A stretch of 64,000 bases of DNA from Octopus sinensis (Eukaryota), in the NCBI RefSeq assembly GCF_006345805.1, contig NC_043004.1:67208001-67272000 (forward strand), written 5' to 3'. Position 1 is the stretch's first letter. The number at the start of each line of letters is the position of its first letter. Position numbers and translations under genes: made by a program. Of this stretch, positions 55,108-64,000 are shown piece by piece. Below the pieces are notes generated by a model. That model saw only the letters and a program-made list of their open reading frames with translations. It had not been told where the DNA came from and did no database searches.

Positions 55108-55108
<1 letters not shown>
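54554..55108. mobile_element. About 555-bp non-coding interspersed repeat inside (ATT)n
   Basis: Sharp borders with (ATT)n on both sides, more balanced composition than flanks, homologous fragment at 40469-40542, no transposon-like ORF recognised. Confidence 0.7.
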
Positions 55109-55144
<36 letters not shown>

Positions 55145-55194
55145 GTTGTTGTTGTTGTTGTTGTTGTGTTGTTGTTGTTGTTGTTGTTATTATT

Positions 55195-55270
55195 CAGGTC
55201 ACTGTATGGAATTGAACTCGGAATCTTGGGGTTAGTAGCCCGCGCTCTTAACGACTACGGCATATGCCCG
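55195..55270 (-). mobile_element. tRNA-derived head (Pol III A and B boxes) followed by (AAT)/(AAC)n
   Basis: cgggcatatgccgtagtcgttaagagcgcgggctactaaccccaagattccgagttcaattcc: A-box-like TGCCGTAGTCG, anticodon-like loop CTACTAA, B box GAGTTCAATTCC. Confidence 0.75.
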
Positions 55271-56047
55271 TGGTATTGTTTGAAATATTGGCTGAAGACC
55301 TGTCATTTAAGAGAGTGGTTTTGTTGATTATATCGATCTCAGAACAACTTCTCTGGTTCTTCATTCTATCGAATCAGTAAAATGTAATGGCGAACTTTGA
55401 ACTCGGCATTTTGTCCAACACTTTAACGAACCTGCTTGACGTCTTTTCCTTCACTGATATGTAATAAGACCTAATTCTTCTGATAATTATATGCTAATAA
55501 TTTGAAGGTGTTTATCTTCTGCAAATGGTTAGCAACCTATCTCCTATGTGTATGACAAGTTATTAAGCATAGAGAGAAATCGATCCTTCCTAGCACTTCA
55601 TGTAATCTTCATAAAAAAAACTGAAAAAACAGACGATGAATGAAATCCAGATATAGGTGGCAAAATTGCTCTGAATTATTTTTCTCTTAGGAAAAGAGAC
55701 AAATCGAAGACAAACTTTCAAGAAAGCAATTACTAAAAGTTTACCGAAGTACTTGTAATCGAAAGGTTTAATAAAAAGGAAAAATGATATTTAAATATTC
55801 ATATTTAGTATTCATAATCGAGTATAAACTGCCCCAAATGAAATCAATATCAGAAAATGCCAATAATAAAGATATTGTACAGATACTACAGCAAGAGCAA
55901 CGCTAAAAACAAAATTATTTTTCTGAGGCGTCATTACATGGCTAACTATATGAAGTCAGAAGTGAACGTTCCAATACTATCCGCTATATTTCAAGTATAC
56001 GCTCTATAACATTTCTTCACGTTATATAAAAACGACTCCCTAGCACA

Positions 56048-56260
56048 CTGGCAGAAATGTTAGCACGCCGGGCGAAGTGATTAGCGTTATTTAGTCTACC
56101 GATACGTTCTGAGTTCAAATTCCGCCGAGGTCGACTTTGCCTTCCATCTTTTCGGGGTCGATATATTAAGTACCAGTTACGCACTGGGGTCGATGTAATT
56201 GACTTAATCCCTTTGTTTGTCCCCTCGTATTTGGCCTCTTGTGGGCAATAAAGCAATAAT
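56048..56260 (+). mobile_element. SINE family A, near full length
   Basis: Close match to 18201-18427. Confidence 0.9.
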
Positions 56261-56386
56261 ACACAAGGTTCCAGTATTCTAGAAAATCAGTTGACCTGCT
56301 CTAAAGAACAGTTAATCTCCCTCAAATGATAAACTATTGTCTCATAACATAAGAACTCACAGCTCACGGTAGTAACTGATCTTAAA

Positions 56387-56495
<109 letters not shown>

Positions 56496-57654
56496 GTGCA
56501 CCTCAGGGGGCGAACTACATTATTAGACTAAAAATTCTCAGTCAGGCTTCATGTTCAGATATATATATCAGTAACTCAAAGATGGAAGTAATCTTTGAAT
56601 TATAGTAACAGATATATATTGGCTTGCATCTTACATAGGCTTTCTTGCCAACTGATTCAGTTTCATGAAATGCTTCTTGGCCATAACATTGCCCAATGGA
56701 CTTTAGCTATACCAAATTTTGTGATGGTTATTAGAAGTACTATAGTTTATCACAGAAACCACCATGAAGACCAGAGATGAAGATAACGTGTACTTCTACT
56801 ATTCTGAGTCCACGATTTAAAAAAAGAGATTTATTGTAATTAGCGATCATGAAACTCTGTATTTTAATAAACACTTAGGAACTCTTATCCAGATATATTT
56901 ACAAATTACCTAACGTTGATATAAATATACACGAATATCACTCAATCATGTTCACCATGATAAGTGAATTTAGTGTACAATGCCGTCCATTGTAGATTTC
57001 AAAATGGTCGTTGGTAACTATATCAGCAGTCAAATGTGCAGTGATATTCTTCACATGCAGTAATTATTTAATAATGGCAGTTTACAATGAAGAAGGAAAG
57101 AAAACGAAAAGCGTTTTATTCTAACCTTGTTGTAATCGATTTCTCTGCAGACATCTCTATTCTGGTACATCTTTGACTCTTTCAGGTTTAAATGTTAACA
57201 AGTGAATCTTTGCGTAATCATCAGTCAAATTATATAATAGCCACAACGTATCGTTCAAAAGTGTCAGAAAGGTTACATTACCTAATGTAACCCTCTAAGC
57301 ACATGATCGACTAGACTATCGGATGCTGTTCTACATCGTCGGTCAAAATGCAATTTGCATCGATTAAACTTTCGAATGACGCTATCTCCCCGGCTAGAAG
57401 AGGTGTCCAACATTCCACCCGAAAGAGGACTGAAACAAAGTGAAATGATGTGTATTGCTCGAGAAAACAAGGCACTACCCGTTTTGTGAATCGAAACCAC
57501 GTTCTAGCAATCGTGAGTACAGCTACCTATCCACTAGGTTACTTATCTTCACAATACCTAATGTGGTCATTGTAAAATATAATTGGATGTCATTCGCATC
57601 CCTGCATAGAATAGAAACACATTCCATATTTTAGCAAATACTTGTATGTTTCGT

Positions 57655-57989
57655 GAGGGTGCATGGCTCAGTGGTTGGAGAGTCGATCTTAGGACCGTTA
57701 GGTTGTGAGTTCGAATTCCAGACAGGGCTGCGTGTTGTGTTTTTGAGCAAGACCCTTTATTTCACGTTGCTCCAGTTCACTCAGCTGTAAAAATGAGTCG
57801 CGACCTAACTGATGCCAAACTGTATCAGCCTTTGCCTTTCCTTTGGATAACATCAGTGGCGTGGAAAGGGGAGGCTGGTATGCACGTACAACTGCTGGTC
57901 TTCCATTAAGAACCTTGCCCGGACTTGTGATTTGGAGGCTAACTTTCTAGGTGCAATCCCATGGTCATTCATGACCGAAACGGGTCTTC
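57655..57989 (+). mobile_element. tRNA-derived SINE family C with probable 9-bp TSD
   Basis: A box TGGCTCAGTGG, B box GAGTTCGAATTCC, gtgtttttgagcaagac CORE/Meta-like motif; gtatgtttc at 57644-57652 and 57992-58000. Confidence 0.9.
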
Positions 57990-60905
57990 GAGTATGTTTC
58001 AATGAAGTCAGGCACAGATATACAGAGCCTCTGGGACTCCTCATCCTCGATACGCAGAACCCAGCTGATGTGACCTCTAGTTAGAAGGAAGGCTGCACTA
58101 GTAAGTATACAGGCAGTAGACATTAAGAGATGTATATATATATTTAGCAACGTAAAGTTATGAATTTGACTCGAGGAAACAACGAGTTGTCCTGTGCAGG
58201 ATTTTGCCACCTAGGCAAATGTTCATGAATCAAATAAAGCCTCACTGGTGACTGTCAAGGCACATCTGACAAAATAGGATAATGTGTGAAACGTGTATGT
58301 TAATAGATATGCACTGACTTGTGACTAATCACAATAATACGAATCTTGCAGGGGCAACGATTCCTTAAGCTAGAAGAATACGCCGTACAATAATTTAATG
58401 ATACATAATTGAGAATATTTCACCAGTATGATTACATCTTTAATTGGTTAACTAGACAAGTGTGGGTCCGGGAAAAAACAAACATTCATTCAGCTGTGTC
58501 TACAATCTGTAACAAATGGAAATCTGTCGATTTTAAAAGTAAATATCCAGTATATTCGAGTAACTGCTTTTTTCTACAAGTATGATGAACGTGACAGTAC
58601 AGTCTGTTCGCTCGTACAAATTTTACCGTAATTCTCAGGATTAAACAACACCTTAAACACTAGGCCATTCGCTCTCCACAATATGCAGGGAAAATATCTT
58701 AAAACACAGTGTCTTTGATAGGTATTCAACACAGCATCAGTCAAGTTAATTTCAATCTTAATTCACTGTGGTTGACTTATGGCAATAGCAAAAGGAATTT
58801 ATCTGATAGAAATGCTACAGAAACCGAAACTAAATTATTGCGAAGTGAACTTAAGTAGACAGCCATGTAACAATCACTCAAAACCCTCTTCCTTAGCTAC
58901 AGCCTTTCCTGCACGTTGTTGCCACCAAACTATCGACGTTTATAATATTTGTCTTGATAAAAGCATATGAAACTAAAAGCTACATCAAACAACAGGAAAA
59001 ACTAACGATGACAACAACAGCAACAACAACAAAGTTTATAAATCTCTTTGAACTCTTGATCAATATATTTTAAACAAGATATATTTCTTGTGTTTATTTT
59101 CCCGTAGAAAACATTGTATAAAGATTAAAGAAAAAGAAGAAAAAAGATAAAAACAGTAAGTCACGTTACACTATTATTTAGATTGTCCAACAGTGGGGCA
59201 GATTTATCAGAAAATCTTTTGCATTTATCACTTTTATATTCATAACTATTTGACTTTTATATTCTTCATAGCTATTTGCCGTTCACTACAAATCACTAAA
59301 TTATTTTTAGAGTAGCGAATAAAATATTTTGTTAGTGCGTTTCACATCATATTTTTATCTTCATTATCTTAATTAAATTTATGTTATTTCTTGTCCATGT
59401 GCTGAACATAACAAACACGTACGCACTTATACACAACAAACCTCTCTGACGCACATAAACACACAGACGGATTTAGACACACAACCACAGACTGAGATTC
59501 ACACATACAAACACTATGAGCCATACACATCACACATTTAAATACGTCGTTCACAAATAGATACTAAGAGAAAGCTGTCTACACTTTCTTTTTAAATTGT
59601 ATTTATAGTAGAAAGGAACTATAAATTGTATAAATTGTAAACGAAGAGCAATGAGTATAAAATACGTTAACTCACGTAAGAACAACAAAATTGAACATGC
59701 AGAAACGAATCATTTCTAAACATATTGCAAACATGTTAAGATATATTTGAAAAGAAAAAGCAGGAGGTGTAGGTTCTGAGATTTTAGTCACGAATATTTT
59801 GTATCTTACTGCGTTCTATTGTATTATGCGATTTGGTGGAGCTCTTATACCCAAGAGGGATGCAAAAAAACAAAGATAAAAGATGAGCTAAATATATAGA
59901 TGCTGCTGTATCTATTGCTCGATGTAAAGTGTTATATTAAGACATTTACAGAAGCTATCTCATGTGTGTCTTACTTTCAACATCAGACACAACGAAATCA
60001 ACGAGAAAGTTTCATAGTCTGTTCGCTAGTTTTAAGAACCAAACTTCATCAAATAGCAAGTACTTGCTTTAATAAAGATGTATGTATATATCAAAAAATG
60101 AATACATGCATGTAACATAATATGATGCGGACAGGCCTTTGATCTCATGGGCTTTGGGAACCGGGACGTTACTCGATCAGGTATAAATGTAAAAGACAAT
60201 GCAATCTGAGAAAGATTTATATTGAGGGTAAATCTACATAGCTTGCTTGGCCTGCTTGAAATAACAACCAAATGTGCATCAAACATTTTCTTCCTGTTTA
60301 CTGACACAAGATGCGCATTGTCTGATGGAAGCCGAGATCAAAGATGCACGAGAGGGGTGGTAGGATTTGGTTAGAATGCTAATTATTTTTGTTCACTTTT
60401 AGGAAAGAGACATGATTCTAAACCCTCTCAGACTAAACCATAACATGTTCTGAACCATAACATATGCTAACCCCCCTCCCCTCCCAGACTAATATTATGG
60501 AGGAATTATGTCATTCACAAACTGAAGTACTATCTCAAATTCTTGCAACAGACTATCATCAAGCACAGGTATCTGATGTGGTGTTGTTAAAATGAGTAAT
60601 GAAATGAATATTTGAGTTCAAATTATCTCACGGCAACCTGTAGTATTTCTCACACCAGTTTTGATAATAGCCAAGAACTCTTATCAGTTAAACTAATTTG
60701 GCGTCTGCACAATAAACTTGAAATAATTTTGCTATATTTCAGACAATCATATATATATATATATATATATATATGAGTGTGAGTGTGTGTGTGTGGAGAG
60801 AGAGAAAGACACACAGACATGTGTATGTATGTGTATGTATATGTATATATATATGTATATATATATATATATGTATATGTATATACATACATGTATATAT
60901 ATATA

Positions 60906-60982
<77 letters not shown>

Positions 60983-61411
60983 CTTCACACACAATAAGAT
61001 ATATATGTATGGTTGAGATAAAGCTTAGGTCATTCATTACTAAGACATTCTACATCAGTAGATGTATAACATTTAAAAAGAAAACTATACACGAAATAAT
61101 GCACACCTTGCTTTGGTTCGTTTGAGTTGCCGGGGGTTTTCAGCAATCACCATTTACCTAAGATTGGGCTCAGTCCGAAACTTCGATTTAAATTGGCAAC
61201 ATAGAAATTATGGGAATAACTGTCTGATGTGGCATGATACTTTCTAGGATAGGCACAGGACCTGAAATAATTAGCAACAACTAATATGTGTGTCTGTATG
61301 ACTAAAAGCATGTGTGTTCCTATATACATACATGCATACATACGCGAATGAATATATATATATATAATATATTTATAATATACATATATACATATATATA
61401 TATATATAGCA

Positions 61412-61447
<36 letters not shown>

Positions 61448-61456
61448 ATATATTAT

Positions 61457-61488
<32 letters not shown>

Positions 61489-62419
61489 ATAATATATATA
61501 ATATATATATATATATAATATATATATAATATAATCAGTATATGATAACTTAATAAACACAGTACAACAATTCATCATATTTATGTAATGGAGGACATTA
61601 GATGGTAAAATGGATTATAGTTTTTATTTTTCTGTTGCTATACAATTTGTTTCTGCAAAAAATACTCAGATATCCATAAATAGAATGGCGTGATAAACAT
61701 ATTTGTATACGTCTGTCGCTGATATGAAAACTAAAAAGGACGTTAGAAGTACATACATCTTCTCTTAGTTACATTTTAGAATGGTTCCATTCGTTCTTGT
61801 AGTAACATACAACAACCCTAACATGATTACGAAGAGAAAATCTATGTACTTCTATCGTAATTTTTAGTTTTCATATAAGCTACTGACGAGTACAAATGTG
61901 ACTATCACAATTTTCTATTTGTGAATATCTCAATCCTTTTGTATGAAACAAATTGTAAAGCAACATGAAAAATATAAAAAAACTATAAGCCATTTTAACA
62001 TCTAAACTCCGCCATTACATAAATATGAATGAACTTGTTGATCTGTGTTTCGTCAGTCATATCATATACTGATTATTTCTATATACCTCTTCATACCTCT
62101 ACGGATTTATATTACTAAATTCTCAATTAAAGTTTGAAGAAAAAACATTAGAAATATTTGGAAATATATCCAGTTAAAGGACGAACTCACATTCGTCCGT
62201 TAAAAAATATATGTCAAATATATATATGCATGTATATGTATATATATATATATGTTATATATAAAGAGAGATTTGCATGTATGTATGTATGTATGTATGT
62301 ATGTATGTATTATATAATGTCAGGGCATTTGTTTAAGTTTTTCATGAGCATTCTTGAACCAAAACACATTTCGTTAGGTTTCCTGAGCGTTTCTTTTTGA
62401 TAGCCTTTAGTAACTGCCT

Positions 62420-63240
62420 CAGCAATTTGGCATAGAACTCCCCGACTCCCTTGCATATGAAACGGCCATAGACTCACTTGGAGCTACCGGACCTATTGAA
62501 ATGATAGGTGAACCCGATGCAAGTTTCACTGTTGGTTACCTAGCAATAGAACAGACCATCCGTAATCCTGAGTTGGTGACCAGCGTGTTGGAAGACTACT
62601 TGGACTGAGACACCCTTTAGATTGTGTTACAGCATTTCTATAAGTGGTCACTCTTATATAAAACCAGGTATTCAGGGCATGGGATTGAACATTTTTGTGA
62701 TATTTTGCTTGCGTTTGGGATCATCAGGATCCTGCATTTCTGAACATGAGACCCATATTAGTACTGAATATATTTCCCAGGTATGTCTCGAGATCATATC
62801 AGTATGGCGGAGAGTGTCATACATATATATAATGGCCTTTTCGCCAATTTTAGGTTGTAAAATGATCGGCGCGGTGACTATCTGAAGCCAAGTCGTGTAA
62901 GAGGGTTCCACCACTTGCATCGAAGCTAGGCTAACCGAACCAAGGGAAGCCAACAGCCGAGGCAATAATCTCTTGCACGAGCATTGCTGACATTGTGCAT
63001 GGGTAATGGTCATTCTGTGTCCTCCTCGGTCAGCAGCGCGAAAGCCATCATATATATATATTCGCTGCTTTCTTCCAAGGAATCTAATGCTCTTAGCTTA
63101 TTTTTTGTTTGGGGCTGGCCAGATTGGAGCAACCTCGTGTATAACAGGGACGAAATTGCAAAGATAATCTGGAACTCGACTGAGGATAGAAATCTCCGAA
63201 TGATCCGTCCTTGTTTTCCTTGATCCTCAGTCTGGATATT
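62420..63240 (-). mobile_element. Possible very old CR1/L2-group LINE relic
   Basis: GC-richer block; frameshifted ISILSRVPDYL, PVIHEVAPIW, LRALDSL.KKAANI loosely resemble post-RT CR1 motifs. Confidence 0.3.
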
Positions 63241-63307
63241 TTGTTCTCTCTTTTTTGCTTCACCTTAACTGTCTGGATGTTTTGCGGTCTTGTCCCATTT
63301 TCGTATT

Positions 63308-63347
<40 letters not shown>

Positions 63348-63496
63348 TCACATTCATTCATTCATACATTTGTATTTGCTATCATTTTAATTTTTTCTTT
63401 CATTTTCATCTACTTTCAGCTCACGAGCTGTGGCCATGCTGGGTACCGCCATTCAAAAAGACGGGAAACTACGGATATATATATATATATTATATA

Positions 63497-63554
<58 letters not shown>

Positions 63555-64000
63555 CATATATTCCTCATACGAATATTTTACGCAAATAACGTAATACAAT
63601 CTTTTTCTTTGAATTTAAGTGCATGTAAGTGTTCATCTCCATAGTTATGTATTTACACCGATGTAGATGTTGTCGAGTCGGAAAAATGCCGCTAAAGGTA
63701 TTGTTGTATAGTCTGGTGTGCTCTTAATCGAGCCAAATCTCCACCTCTCTATGTATTATAATCGACATGAATTATCCAGCGTTATCTCACTGTTTCACGC
63801 TTACCAAAAATTCAATTTCTTTTTTGTGCTCTTCTTCATATAAGCTACTTTTATGAGCAGCAACTTTCGATCATTGCATTCATCGCCCAACTGACGGCGA
63901 TCCACTTTAATGCTACAACATATTATTTTAGGAGTATACTAAACAAGATATGGGGAATGTGTAAATAGTAAACACAAAGCAAAAGAAACAAAAATATAAA

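Noticed and set aside
55195-55270. Functional tRNA gene
   Set aside because: Acceptor stem does not pair and the anticodon stem is weak; treated as a SINE head.
57264-57296. Short hairpin ggttacatta-cc-taatgtaacc
   Set aside because: A 10-bp inverted repeat is plausible by chance in 64 kb of AT-rich DNA; no other support.

Overview
AT-rich, repeat-saturated animal genomic DNA, most likely an octopus (inferred from the tRNA-derived SINE families and the microsatellite load). There is no intact protein-coding gene, CRISPR array or prokaryotic operon, and almost all ORFs in the track are translations of microsatellites. Recognisable content: a cluster of decayed R4/Dong-type non-LTR retrotransposons inside (TAA)n (3.4-5.65 kb), an RTE LINE fragment joined head-to-head to an RTE-type 5' UTR, Tc1/mariner relics, a 121-bp MITE, two non-autonomous Helitrons, and about 20 SINE copies of three families, several with target-site duplications (TSDs). 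The most interesting signal is four minimal type I hammerhead-ribozyme-like motifs (one intact core, three damaged) with palindromic helix III, the form associated with Penelope-like elements. Two lie in long inverted repeats between (TA)n tracts (18978-19116, 37186-37625). Two lie in a composite at 53961-55270 that appears to be a tRNA-headed element with a hammerhead-bearing tail, split by nested insertions into its internal (AAT)n. A few low-confidence exon candidates, including a 15-nt microexon, are noted. All calls are from manual reading; no database search was run.
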